Shown here in pieces: positions 48,006 to 57,786 of a stretch of DNA of 64,000 nt. Where the stretch lies: the sequence record NC_054906.1. One strand, written 5' to 3'. The notes under the pieces were generated by a model. That model saw only the letters and a list, made by a program, of their open reading frames with translations. It was not told the DNA's origin and ran no database searches. The translations under genes and the position numbers were made by a program. The DNA is from Enterobacteria phage RB18. Position 1 is the first letter of the stretch. Each line of letters opens with the position of its first letter.

Positions 48006-48031
48006 ATTATACCACGTTTATACGTGAAGCA
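48006..48031 (-). promoter_or_regulatory. middle-type promoter for uvsY (minus strand: MotA-box-like TAATGCTTCA, 13-nt spacer, -10 TATAAT)
   Basis: Minus strand GTATAATGCTTCACGTATAAACGTGGTATAATG in the gp25-uvsY intergenic region. Confidence 0.5.
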
Positions 48032-48430
48032 TTATACTCTGTTACTGGAAGCCAGTTGTAGTTTTATCTGCTCAATATCATCAGGGTTATCGATGACCGA
48101 AAAGCGTATTTCTACTATCAGAGTATAATCATCATAAACCGGTATTACATTAACTGCTAATTTATCAATACGTGGCTCATAGTTTCTTACTGCGCTTTCG
48201 ATATTACGCTCAACCGTGTCAGCAGTAAGAGGAGTCATATTCTCAAAAAGTTGGTCAGATAAATCGCATCCAAATTCAGGGTCAAACGGTCTTGAACCTT
48301 TTCTTGTTGTAATAATTCCTAAAAGACTATTTTTAATTGACCTTAATCCAAGTGATCTTGAAACGTCTTTGTTCCAATCCATTTTCATTTCTGGGTCAAT
48401 ATCAGAATAAAGCTTATTAATATTTGCCAT
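48032..48430 (-). CDS. 25: gp25 baseplate wedge protein (132 aa)
   Basis: Size and order match T4 gp25. Confidence 0.93.
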   Translation of the reverse strand: MANINKLYSDIDPEMKMDWNKDVSRSLGLRSIKNSLLGIITTRKGSRPFDPEFGCDLSDQLFENMTPLTADTVERNIESAVRNYEPRIDKLAVNVIPVYDDYTLIVEIRFSVIDNPDDIEQIKLQLASSNRV

Positions 48431-49056
48431 TACAATAGCTCAAAGAATTCTTTGAGTCCTCTTATTACGTGAGCATGGGTTTTTCCACACTCTGGACACT
48501 TAATTGGAACAGCCAAATAAACAGTAGGCTTTAAAAGCATATCTTTTATAGCTACAATATCTGACTCTGTGATGATAGAATATAAATCTTCCAGTTCTTT
48601 TTCATTTAAGTCTTCAACTGGAATGCTTTCCCCGTTAGCATGAATCGTTTCTATGCATGATACTATCATGTGGGCTATATTTTTATCATCAAAAATTTTA
48701 GGGTAATGGAATTTAATTTTAATGTCATCCAGTGTATACCAGAGGTCTTCTGGTGCATCTATTTGTGTATGTAATAGATTTATATGGGTTGGTATTTCAG
48801 TTCCACAGGTGCACTTCCAGGAGTTTTCGTGATTAACTTCTCCAAGAGAATGCGCCCATAAATGAATCAGTAATAGTTCTGATTCTTGGCGGTTTAAATC
48901 TTTTGCATTTGTACAGTCTTTGATTAGCTTTTTAACAATCTCTTCTACTGAACCATTCTTTTTAGCAGTAATAAGTTCTAGATATTCTTTAAGAGTAAAT
49001 GCGCGACAGTTGATTATTTTAGAACCAACTCTCACATCAAATTTGTATTCATACAT
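48430..49056 (-). CDS. 26: gp26 baseplate hub protein (208 aa)
   Basis: Size and order match T4 gp26. Confidence 0.93.
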   Translation of the reverse strand: MYEYKFDVRVGSKIINCRAFTLKEYLELITAKKNGSVEEIVKKLIKDCTNAKDLNRQESELLLIHLWAHSLGEVNHENSWKCTCGTEIPTHINLLHTQIDAPEDLWYTLDDIKIKFHYPKIFDDKNIAHMIVSCIETIHANGESIPVEDLNEKELEDLYSIITESDIVAIKDMLLKPTVYLAVPIKCPECGKTHAHVIRGLKEFFELL

Positions 49057-49077
49057 ATTTAGCTCCTTTATTTATCA

Positions 49078-49085
49078 TATTTATA
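49078..49085 (-). promoter_or_regulatory. late promoter TATAAATA (minus strand) for genes 26-25
   Basis: Exact TATAAATA on minus strand, interleaved with the divergent gene 51 promoter. Confidence 0.55.
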
Positions 49086-49089
49086 AATA
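49082..49089 (+). promoter_or_regulatory. late promoter TATAAATA for gene 51
   Basis: Exact TATAAATA 18 nt upstream of the gene 51 ATG. Confidence 0.55.
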
Positions 49090-49106
49090 GAATAAAAGGA
49101 GCATCT

Positions 49107-49859
49107 ATGGCAAACATTATTCGTTGTAAATTACCAGATGGTGTTCATCGTTTTAAACCATTTACGGTAGAAGATTATCGAGATTTTTTGTTAGTTCGAA
49201 ACGATATAGAACATCGGTCACCACAAGAACAAAAAGAAGTAATTGCTGATTTAATTGCTGATTATTTTGGAGATTATCCAAAGACTTGGCAACCATTTAT
49301 ATTTTTGCAGGTATTTGTAGGGTCAATAGGTAAAACTAAAGTACCAGTCACATTTGTATGTCCAAAATGTAAAAAAGAAAAGACAGTTCCATTTGAAATA
49401 TATCAAAAAGAATTAAAGGAACCTGTTTTTGATGTAGCTAATGTTAAAATTAAATTAAAGTTTCCTTCTGAGTTTTATGAAAATAAAGCAAAGATGATTA
49501 CTGAAAATATTCATTCTGTCCAAGTAGATGAAACGTGGTATGATTGGAAGGAAATTAGTGAATCAAGTCAAATAGAACTTGTTGACGCCATCGAGATAGA
49601 AACATTAGAAAAAATTCTCGATGCAATGAATCCTATTAATTTAACATTGCATATGTCATGTTGTAATAAGTATGTAAAAAAATACACTGATATAGTAGAT
49701 GTGTTTAAGCTATTAGTTAACCCAGATGAAATATTTACTTTTTATCAAATCAATCACACGCTTGTAAAAAGTAATTATAGCTTAAATTCAATAATGAAAA
49801 TGATTCCTGCCGAGCGCGGATTCGTATTAAAACTGATTGAGAAGGATAAACATCAATGA
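49107..49859 (+). CDS. 51: gp51 baseplate hub assembly catalyst (250 aa)
   Basis: Size and order match T4 gp51. Confidence 0.93.
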   Translation: MANIIRCKLPDGVHRFKPFTVEDYRDFLLVRNDIEHRSPQEQKEVIADLIADYFGDYPKTWQPFIFLQVFVGSIGKTKVPVTFVCPKCKKEKTVPFEIYQKELKEPVFDVANVKIKLKFPSEFYENKAKMITENIHSVQVDETWYDWKEISESSQIELVDAIEIETLEKILDAMNPINLTLHMSCCNKYVKKYTDIVDVFKLLVNPDEIFTFYQINHTLVKSNYSLNSIMKMIPAERGFVLKLIEKDKHQ

Positions 49860-51031
49860 GTATGTTACAACGCCCTGGATATCCAAATCTCAGCGTTAAA
49901 TTATTTGAGAGTTATGACGCTTGGAGTAATAATAGATTTGTTGAATTAGCTGCTACTATTACCACATTAACTATGCGTGACTCTCTTTATGGTCGAAATG
50001 AAGGAATGCTACAATTTTATGATTCTAAAAACATTCATACAAAAATGGATGGAAATGAAATAATTCAGATTTCTGTAGCTAATGCAAACGATATTAATAA
50101 TGTTAAAACACGAATTTATGGATGCAAGCATTTTTCCGTGTCAGTAGATTCAAAAGGCGATAACATCATTGCTATTGAATTAGGAACTATTCATTCTATA
50201 GAAAATCTTAAATTTGGTAGACCATTTTTCCCTGATGCCGGTGAATCTATAAAGGAAATGCTTGGCGTAATTTATCAAGATCGTACATTATTAACTCCAG
50301 CGATAAATGCTATTAATGCTTATGTTCCTGATATTCCATGGACTAGCACATTTGAAAACTATTTGTCCTATGTAAGAGAAGTTGCTCTAGCTGTAGGAAG
50401 TGACAAATTTGTATTTGTGTGGCAAGACATCATGGGAGTTAACATGATGGACTATGATATGATGATAAATCAAGAACCATATCCAATGATTGTAGGTGAG
50501 CCAACTTTAATAGGTCAATTCGTCCAAGAATTGAAATATCCATTAGCATATGATTTTGTTTGGTTGACTAAATCAAACCCGCATAAACGTGATCCAATGA
50601 AAAATGCTACTATCTATGCTCATTCATTTTTAGATTCTTCATTACCAATGATTACTACAGGAAAGGGTGAAAACTCTATTGTAGTGTCAAGGTCAGGTGC
50701 TTATTCTGAAATGACTTATAGAAATGGATATGAAGAAGCTATTCGTCTTCAGACTATGGCGCAGTATGATGGTTACGCTAAATGTTCTACTGTCGGTAAT
50801 TTTAACTTGACTCCTGGCGTTAAAATTATTTTTAATGATAGTAAAAACCAATTTAAAACAGAATTTTATGTTGATGAAGTTATCCATGAATTATCAAATA
50901 ATAATTCAGTAACTCATCTTTATATGTTCACTAATGCAACGAAACTGGAAACAATAGACCCAGTTAAGGTTAAAAATGAATTTAAATCTGATACTACCAC
51001 TGAAGAAAGTAGTTCTTCCAATAAGCAATAA
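49856..51031 (+). CDS. 27: gp27 baseplate hub protein (391 aa)
   Basis: Size and order match T4 gp27. Confidence 0.95.
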   Translation: MSMLQRPGYPNLSVKLFESYDAWSNNRFVELAATITTLTMRDSLYGRNEGMLQFYDSKNIHTKMDGNEIIQISVANANDINNVKTRIYGCKHFSVSVDSKGDNIIAIELGTIHSIENLKFGRPFFPDAGESIKEMLGVIYQDRTLLTPAINAINAYVPDIPWTSTFENYLSYVREVALAVGSDKFVFVWQDIMGVNMMDYDMMINQEPYPMIVGEPTLIGQFVQELKYPLAYDFVWLTKSNPHKRDPMKNATIYAHSFLDSSLPMITTGKGENSIVVSRSGAYSEMTYRNGYEEAIRLQTMAQYDGYAKCSTVGNFNLTPGVKIIFNDSKNQFKTEFYVDEVIHELSNNNSVTHLYMFTNATKLETIDPVKVKNEFKSDTTTEESSSSNKQ

Positions 51032-51509
51032 AGAAGTTTCTATTCCTAAAATGGGTCTTAAACATTATAACATTTTAAAGGATGTTAAAGGTCCTGATGA
51101 AAATTTAAAACTTCTTATTGATTCTATTTGTCCGAATTTATCACCGGCAGAAGTTGATTTCGTTTCTATTCATTTATTGGAATTTAATGGAAAGATTAAA
51201 TCTCGTAAAGAAATAGATGGCTATACTTATGACATTAATGATGTCTATGTATGCCAAAGATTGGAATTTCAATACCAAGGAAATACATTTTATTTTAGAC
51301 CTCCTGGAAAATTTGAACAATTTTTAACGGTGAGCGATATGTTATCTAAATGCTTACTTAAGGTCAATGATGAAGTTAAAGAAATTAATTTTCTTGAGAT
51401 GCCAGCATTCGTTTTAAAATGGGCAAATGATATTTTTACAACTTTAGCAATTCCTGGCCCTAATGGTCCAATAACTGGAATTGGCAATATTATTGGATTA
51501 TTTGAATGA
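50976..51509 (+). CDS. 28: gp28 baseplate hub distal subunit (177 aa)
   Basis: ATG with AAGG Shine-Dalgarno; overlaps the 3' end of gene 27 by 56 nt in another frame; size equals T4 gp28. Confidence 0.85.
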   Translation: MNLNLILPLKKVVLPISNKEVSIPKMGLKHYNILKDVKGPDENLKLLIDSICPNLSPAEVDFVSIHLLEFNGKIKSRKEIDGYTYDINDVYVCQRLEFQYQGNTFYFRPPGKFEQFLTVSDMLSKCLLKVNDEVKEINFLEMPAFVLKWANDIFTTLAIPGPNGPITGIGNIIGLFE

Positions 51510-53278
51510 AAAAGCCACAAGAAATGCAAACGATGCGTAGAAAAGTTATTTCAGATAATAAACCAACACAGGAAGCGGCTAAATCTGCTTCTAACACTTT
51601 ATCTGGACTTAATGATATATCTACGAAATTGGATGATACTCAAGCTGCTTCTGAATTAATAGCTCAGACTGTTGAAGAAAAATCAAATGAAATAGTTGGA
51701 GCAATTGATAACGTTGAAAGCGCAGTAAGTGATACTACTGCCGGTTCTGAGTTAATTGCTGAAACTGTTGAAATTGGAAACAATATTAATAAAGAAATCG
51801 GTGAATCGCTCGGAAGCAAATTAGATAAATTAACAAGTTTACTGGAACAAAAAATTCAGACAGCTGGAATTCAGCAAACTGGAACGAGTTTAGCAGTAGT
51901 CGAAAATGCTATTCCTGTTAAAGTCGTCGAGGATGATACAGCTGAATCTGTGGGTCCTTTATTACCGGCTCCTGAAGCAGTTAATAATGATCCTGATGCT
52001 GATTTTTTCCCTACTCCTCAGCCAATTGAACCAAAACAAGAGTCTCCAGAAGAGAAGCAAAAAAGAGACGCATTTAACTTAAAATTATCTCAAGCTTTAG
52101 ATAAATTAACAAAGACAGTTGATTTCGGATTTAAGAAATCTATTTCAATTACTGATAAAATATCTAGCATGCTATTTAAGTATACCGTCAGTGCTGCTAT
52201 TGAAGCTGCTAAAATGGTTGCATTGATAATGGCTGTTGTTATTGGAATAGACCTGCTGATGGTTCATTTTAAATACTGGTCAGATAAATTTTCAAAAGCC
52301 TGGGATTTATTTAGCACTGATTTTAAAACTTTCTCAAGCGAAACAGGAACTTGGGGCCCTTTATTACAAAGCATCTTTGAATCTATTGATGAAATTAAAA
52401 AGTTCTGGGAAGCTGGAGATTGGGGCGGATTAACAGTAGCTATTGTTGAAGGGCTTGGAAGTGTTCTTTATAATTTAGGAGAGCTTATTCAATTAGGTAT
52501 GGCTAAATTATCTGCAGCAATTCTTCGAGTTATTCCTGGCATGAAGGATACTGCTGATGAAGTAGAAGGAAGAGCATTAGAAAATTTTCAAAATTCTACT
52601 GGAGCATCTCTTAATAAAGAAGACCAAGAAAAAGTAGCAAATTATCAAGATAAACGAATGAATGATGATCTTGGCCCAATAGCAAAAGGATTAGACAAAA
52701 TTGCGAACTGGAAAACTCGTGCATCTAACTGGATTCGTGGTGTAGATAATAAAGAAGCATTGACTACTGACGAAGAACGTGCAGCAGAAGAAGAAAAATT
52801 AAAACAACTTTCACCGGAAGAAAGAAAAAATGCTTTAATGAAAGCTAATGAAGCTCGTGCTGCGATGATTCGTTTTGAAAAATACGCTGATTCAGCTGAT
52901 ATGAGCAAAGACTCGACAGTTAAATCAATTGAAGCTGCTCATGAAGACCTTAAAAAACGAATGAATGATCCGGATTTAAATAATTCACCAGCAGTTAAAA
53001 AAGAACTTGCTTCTAGATTTGCTAAAATTGATGCCACTTATCAAGAGCTCAAGAAAAATCAACCTGAAGCAAAACCTGAAACTTCTGCTAAATCACCAGA
53101 AGCAAAACAGGTCCAGGTGATTGAAAAGAACAAAGCACAACAAGCTCCTGTTCAACAAGCATCTCCTTCAATCAATAATACTAATAATGTTATTAAGAAA
53201 AATACTGTCGTTCATAATATGACACCTGTCACAAGCACAACTGCTCCTGGTGTATTTGGTGCGACGGGAGTTAATTAA
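51506..53278 (+). CDS. 29: gp29 tail tube tape-measure / baseplate hub protein (590 aa)
   Basis: Size and order match T4 gp29; Ala/Glu/Lys-rich extended protein. Confidence 0.95.
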   Translation: MKKPQEMQTMRRKVISDNKPTQEAAKSASNTLSGLNDISTKLDDTQAASELIAQTVEEKSNEIVGAIDNVESAVSDTTAGSELIAETVEIGNNINKEIGESLGSKLDKLTSLLEQKIQTAGIQQTGTSLAVVENAIPVKVVEDDTAESVGPLLPAPEAVNNDPDADFFPTPQPIEPKQESPEEKQKRDAFNLKLSQALDKLTKTVDFGFKKSISITDKISSMLFKYTVSAAIEAAKMVALIMAVVIGIDLLMVHFKYWSDKFSKAWDLFSTDFKTFSSETGTWGPLLQSIFESIDEIKKFWEAGDWGGLTVAIVEGLGSVLYNLGELIQLGMAKLSAAILRVIPGMKDTADEVEGRALENFQNSTGASLNKEDQEKVANYQDKRMNDDLGPIAKGLDKIANWKTRASNWIRGVDNKEALTTDEERAAEEEKLKQLSPEERKNALMKANEARAAMIRFEKYADSADMSKDSTVKSIEAAHEDLKKRMNDPDLNNSPAVKKELASRFAKIDATYQELKKNQPEAKPETSAKSPEAKQVQVIEKNKAQQAPVQQASPSINNTNNVIKKNTVVHNMTPVTSTTAPGVFGATGVN

Positions 53279-53286
53279 GGAATAAT

Positions 53287-54381
53287 ATGGCAATTGTTAA
53301 AGAAATAACTGCTGATTTAATTAAAAAGTCCGGTGAAACAATTTCAGCCGGACAGAGTACTAAATCAGAAGTAGGAACTAAAACATACACAGCCCAGTTT
53401 CCAACTGGGCGTGCTAGTGGTAATGACACTACAGGGGACTTCCAGGTAACAGATCTATATAAGAATGGATTATTATTTACTGCATACAATATGTCATCTA
53501 GGGATTCTGGAAGTCTTAGAACGATGAGATCTAACTACTCTTCTTCATCTTCGAGTATTTTACGTACAGCCAGAAACACTATCAGTAATACAGTATCAAA
53601 ACTATCAAATGGACTAATATCAGATAATAATTCAGGAACAATAAGTAAAGTTCCTGTTGCAAATATTCTTTTACCTAGATCTAAATCTGACGTCGATACG
53701 TCATCACATAGATTTAATGATGTTCAAGATAGTCTTATTACAAAAGGCGGAGGAACTGCTACGGGCGTATTAAGTAATATGGCTTCAACTGCAGTATTTG
53801 GCGCGCTTGAAAGTATAACACAAGGAATAATGGCTGATAATAATGAACAGATTTATACGACAGCCAGAAGTATGTATGGAGGTGCTGAAAATAGAACTAA
53901 AGTGTTTACATGGGATTTGACTCCACGTTCAACAGAAGATTTAATGGCTATTATTAATATCTATCAATATTTTAACTATTTTTCTTATGGTGAAACGGGT
54001 AAATCTCAATATGCTGCTGAAATAAAAGGATATTTAGATGAGTGGTATCGTTCTACATTTATTGAACCATTAACGCCAGAAGACGCGATTAAAAACAAGA
54101 CGTTATTTGAAAAAATGACATCGAGTTTAACGAACGTTCTTGTAGTTTCAAACCCGACAATTTGGATGGTGAAAAACTTTGGTGCAACTTCTAAATTTGA
54201 TGGAAAGACTGAAGTATTCGGTCCATGCCAAATACAGAGTATTAGATTTGATAAAACACCAAATGGTAACTTTAATGGATTAGCTATTGCTCCTAACCTT
54301 CCAAGTTCTTTTACACTCGAGATTACTATGAGAGAGATTATTACGTTAAACCGTGCTTCTTTATATACGGGGACTTTCTAA
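53287..54381 (+). CDS. 48: gp48 baseplate-tail tube junction protein (364 aa)
   Basis: Size and order match T4 gp48. Confidence 0.95.
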   Translation: MAIVKEITADLIKKSGETISAGQSTKSEVGTKTYTAQFPTGRASGNDTTGDFQVTDLYKNGLLFTAYNMSSRDSGSLRTMRSNYSSSSSSILRTARNTISNTVSKLSNGLISDNNSGTISKVPVANILLPRSKSDVDTSSHRFNDVQDSLITKGGGTATGVLSNMASTAVFGALESITQGIMADNNEQIYTTARSMYGGAENRTKVFTWDLTPRSTEDLMAIINIYQYFNYFSYGETGKSQYAAEIKGYLDEWYRSTFIEPLTPEDAIKNKTLFEKMTSSLTNVLVVSNPTIWMVKNFGATSKFDGKTEVFGPCQIQSIRFDKTPNGNFNGLAIAPNLPSSFTLEITMREIITLNRASLYTGTF

Positions 54382-55346
54382 TGTATTCTTTAGAGGAATT
54401 TAATAATCAAGCAATAAACGCAGACTTCCAACGTAATAATATGTTCAGCTGTGTTTTTGCTACAACTCCATCAACTAAAAGCTCATCGTTAATAAGCTCA
54501 ATTAGTAACTTTGCTTATAATAACTTGGGTCTAAATTCAGATTGGTTGGGATTAACTCAAGGTGATATTAATCAGGGAATTACCACGCTAATTACCGCTG
54601 GCACACAAAAACTAATAAGAAAATCGGGAGTCAGTAAATATCTTATTGGCGCTATGAGTCAGCGTACTGTCCAGAGTTTATTAGGCTCATTTACAGTTGG
54701 TACATATTTAATTGACTTCTTTAACATGGCATATAATTCATCTGGATTGATGATATATTCTGTAAAAATGCCAGAAAATAGATTATCTTATGAAACTGAC
54801 TGGAACTATAACTCTCCTAATATTCGTATAACTGGAAGAGAATTAGACCCTTTGGTTATTTCATTCAGAATGGATTCAGAAGCTTGTAACTATCGTGCAA
54901 TGCAAGACTGGGTTAACGCTGTTCAAGACCCAGTAACTGGATTGCGTGCTTTACCGCAAGATGTCGAGGCAGATATTCAGGTTAATCTTCATTCTCGCAA
55001 TGGATTACCACATACTGCGGTGATGTTCACTGGCTGTATTCCAATATCTGTGAGTGCTCCTGAGTTATCGTATGATGGAGATAACCAAATAACTACATTT
55101 GATGTTACTTTCGCTTATAGAGTCATGCAGGCTGGAGCAGTTGATAGACAAGCTGCCCTTGAATGGCTTGAATCTGCTACTATAAATGGTATTCAAAGCG
55201 TTCTCGGAAATAGTGGAGGTGTTACTGGACTATCTAATTCGCTTTCACGACTTAGTAGATTAGGAGGAACTGCAGGAAGCATTTCAAATATTAATACTAT
55301 GACAGGAATTATCAATTCGCAAAGTAAAATATTAGGAGCAATATAA
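54381..55346 (+). CDS. 54: gp54 baseplate-tail tube initiator (321 aa)
   Basis: Size and order match T4 gp54. Confidence 0.95.
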   Translation: MYSLEEFNNQAINADFQRNNMFSCVFATTPSTKSSSLISSISNFAYNNLGLNSDWLGLTQGDINQGITTLITAGTQKLIRKSGVSKYLIGAMSQRTVQSLLGSFTVGTYLIDFFNMAYNSSGLMIYSVKMPENRLSYETDWNYNSPNIRITGRELDPLVISFRMDSEACNYRAMQDWVNAVQDPVTGLRALPQDVEADIQVNLHSRNGLPHTAVMFTGCIPISVSAPELSYDGDNQITTFDVTFAYRVMQAGAVDRQAALEWLESATINGIQSVLGNSGGVTGLSNSLSRLSRLGGTAGSISNINTMTGIINSQSKILGAI

Positions 55347-55350
55347 CAAT

Positions 55351-55380
55351 GGGGACCGAAAGGTCCCCATATTTTTATTT
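55351..55380. terminator. bidirectional hairpin terminator between convergent gene 54 and the alt region
   Basis: Hairpin GGGGACCGAAAGGTCCCC followed by ATATTTTTATTT. Confidence 0.7.
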
Positions 55381-55665
55381 ACGGAATGAAATAAAAGCAG
55401 CAACTGAAGCAACAGAGGTTTCTTCAATATAAACTTCAATTTTTACCGGAGCTTCTGACTCAAATTTACCTGTTACTACACCCTGAAAAATACTTTCAGT
55501 CTGTTCTGGCTTTGAAAAATTTTCAGAAGGAAAAATTCCGAACTTTTTATCTGTTCCAAAAATTTTAATAAATTCATCGTAAACTGCTTCATTAAAAGCA
55601 TTATCAGCAGGAATAACGCCTTCAACTACAAGTTCTTGACCTAAAAAGCGCAAAGAAGATTTCAT
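55375..55665 (-). CDS. hypothetical protein (96 aa) downstream of the Alt paralogs
   Basis: ORF at the distal end of the alt transcription unit. Confidence 0.6.
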   Translation of the reverse strand: MKSSLRFLGQELVVEGVIPADNAFNEAVYDEFIKIFGTDKKFGIFPSENFSKPEQTESIFQGVVTGKFESEAPVKIEVYIEETSVASVAAFISFRK

Positions 55666-55725
55666 TTTGTGTTCCTCATGTTATGTCAGTAAGACTACTA
55701 TAACACAATATGAGGGACTTGTAAA

Positions 55726-57783
55726 CTACATTTTGAACTTTTTAGACATTCCGTTGATGTTAACCAAAGAAGCTAAGATTTGAGAAACTTCGTTTTCCTC
55801 TTCTTTTGATTCTTCTACAAGGAATTGATTAAATCCAGCCATTGGACGAACTTCTCCGGTTTCCATTAGATAGTCACCATCATATACTGATTCTTCTAAT
55901 TGTTCAGAAGGAGGAACGATTGTACCTTCGATTAGATACTTGTTATAAGCAGTTTCTTTCATAAAGTAAGTACTTACTTTATTAATCTTCAGTAAAATTC
56001 CACGCGGTAGAATAACTTCAGCTTCTGATGGAAATCCTGTTAAATGACCTGGAACGATAACTTTGATTCGCTCAGCTCCTTTAATTACCATACCCACGCT
56101 AGTTTCAGCATCTTCATTAGCATATGTAGAATGACTACCCATATGCATCAAATCTTCTGCATCAACAGAACCTTCTCCTTCACCAGAAAATACTGCGCCG
56201 GAATCATCTAGAGCCATATAGTTTTTACCATGCTCACCGAAGATATTTGGTTTAAGTGATGTCGATACGAAGTTCTTGAAATAGAACATTTTGTTTTCAA
56301 TGTTATGACGCAAAGTTTTAAAGGTAACTTCTTGTCCACGATAAAGCGTAGTTCCTGGAGGAAGAACTGAACCTTTAGCGAATGCAGAATCCAACGTCTC
56401 GATGTGCTTAATAGCTCGTTCCATATATTCTTCACGGGTAGAATCTGGTTTACCCAAAAGGAACGAGTTCATTTCAACATATGAATCTGCACAATAATCT
56501 TCAATTACATCAGATTCAGCTTGAGTTAATCCTTTTGGAGTTACTTCGGTGCTTGCGTATTCATATGCCTGAGCAGCAGATTCATTAATCAATTTATAAA
56601 TGCCATTCATGACAAATTGAATAATAGCTGTCTTTTCATCTGGCGTAGCTTTAGAACCTTTAACCAAATCATTGATAATTTTCTTAATAACATCAAAGCT
56701 ATTAGAAATATTAATATCAGCAAGATCGCTTAAAATTTTATCAGTTTTATAATCAAAGAATTCTTTATTCTTTAAATATTCTTGAGAACCTTGATATGTT
56801 ATATCGCTCTGCAACTTGATGGATGGATCACGTAAACGTGCATGGGCTAATGCAATATGATTTCGGAAGTTTTCTAGTTCATAATCGCTAGATTTAAAAC
56901 GAGAAGCACTCCTCATACCACCGATAGCTCCTTTGTTGAAGTTTGAACCAATCTGAATAACGCCAGAGTTCATTGGTCCTTCTGCTTTATATACCGGAAC
57001 TTTGGATTCAAACTCTTGATATTTCTTAGCAGCGAAGCTATCACCCTGAAGTGAAGCATCAACAGTAGAATATTGAGCTTGTGCTGCTAATCGACGACTA
57101 ATTTTAGTTTTCTGAATAACAGCTTGGTCAGTGCGCTTATCATTTTCTAAAGCAATAGAAGCAGCAACTGCGACAGCTTTAGGAACAGCATTACCTGTTT
57201 TAACGTCTACATAAACATCACCAACCTTTGATTCAACTTTTGTGAATAACTCAGCTGAAATAGGAGGTACACCTGGAATGTCTTCTAAATTGGCATTTTT
57301 ACGGTAAACCATAATATATGCATATTTCTTATCATAGTCCCAGATTTCCTTTAAAAGAACATATCGGCCTGCTCCTTTAGTACGTACTAAACGGTCAGCA
57401 ATAACTTGCATTTGACGAGCAGCGCCATTTGTTTTACTCTTTAGTACGCGGAATAAGCATGCATCAATTTTATACTGTTTCATTGTTTGAAGAGCAGTAT
57501 CAAAAACAGCATTAATGACGCCAATTGGATTTCCACCCAAGTTTTTAAGCTTAACTAATGATAGTTTCTCATTAACACCTATCATTACGATATGCATCAT
57601 TTTGTCGCCTGGCTTAACGTTTTTATTCGTATCACCGCCAGAGGTGTATGTACAAAATCTAAATCCGGGGAGAACGCTTTCTTCACCGGCTTGAATAGCA
57701 AAAATTTGTGGTATTTTATGCTTAGGATTTAAGTTAACAACCGGCGCCGAAGCGCCGTCAAATAATTCTGTAATAAGTTCCAT
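55726..57783 (-). CDS. Alt-like ADP-ribosyltransferase paralog (685 aa)
   Basis: Paralogous to the upstream alt gene along its length (N-terminus MELITELFD..., shared blocks KYAYI..., NFVSTSL); ART motifs R (YRGQ), S-T-S (FVSTSL), E-x-E (SEAEVILPRG). Confidence 0.85.
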   Translation of the reverse strand: MELITELFDGASAPVVNLNPKHKIPQIFAIQAGEESVLPGFRFCTYTSGGDTNKNVKPGDKMMHIVMIGVNEKLSLVKLKNLGGNPIGVINAVFDTALQTMKQYKIDACLFRVLKSKTNGAARQMQVIADRLVRTKGAGRYVLLKEIWDYDKKYAYIMVYRKNANLEDIPGVPPISAELFTKVESKVGDVYVDVKTGNAVPKAVAVAASIALENDKRTDQAVIQKTKISRRLAAQAQYSTVDASLQGDSFAAKKYQEFESKVPVYKAEGPMNSGVIQIGSNFNKGAIGGMRSASRFKSSDYELENFRNHIALAHARLRDPSIKLQSDITYQGSQEYLKNKEFFDYKTDKILSDLADINISNSFDVIKKIINDLVKGSKATPDEKTAIIQFVMNGIYKLINESAAQAYEYASTEVTPKGLTQAESDVIEDYCADSYVEMNSFLLGKPDSTREEYMERAIKHIETLDSAFAKGSVLPPGTTLYRGQEVTFKTLRHNIENKMFYFKNFVSTSLKPNIFGEHGKNYMALDDSGAVFSGEGEGSVDAEDLMHMGSHSTYANEDAETSVGMVIKGAERIKVIVPGHLTGFPSEAEVILPRGILLKINKVSTYFMKETAYNKYLIEGTIVPPSEQLEESVYDGDYLMETGEVRPMAGFNQFLVEESKEEENEVSQILASLVNINGMSKKFKM

Positions 57784-57786
57784 GAT

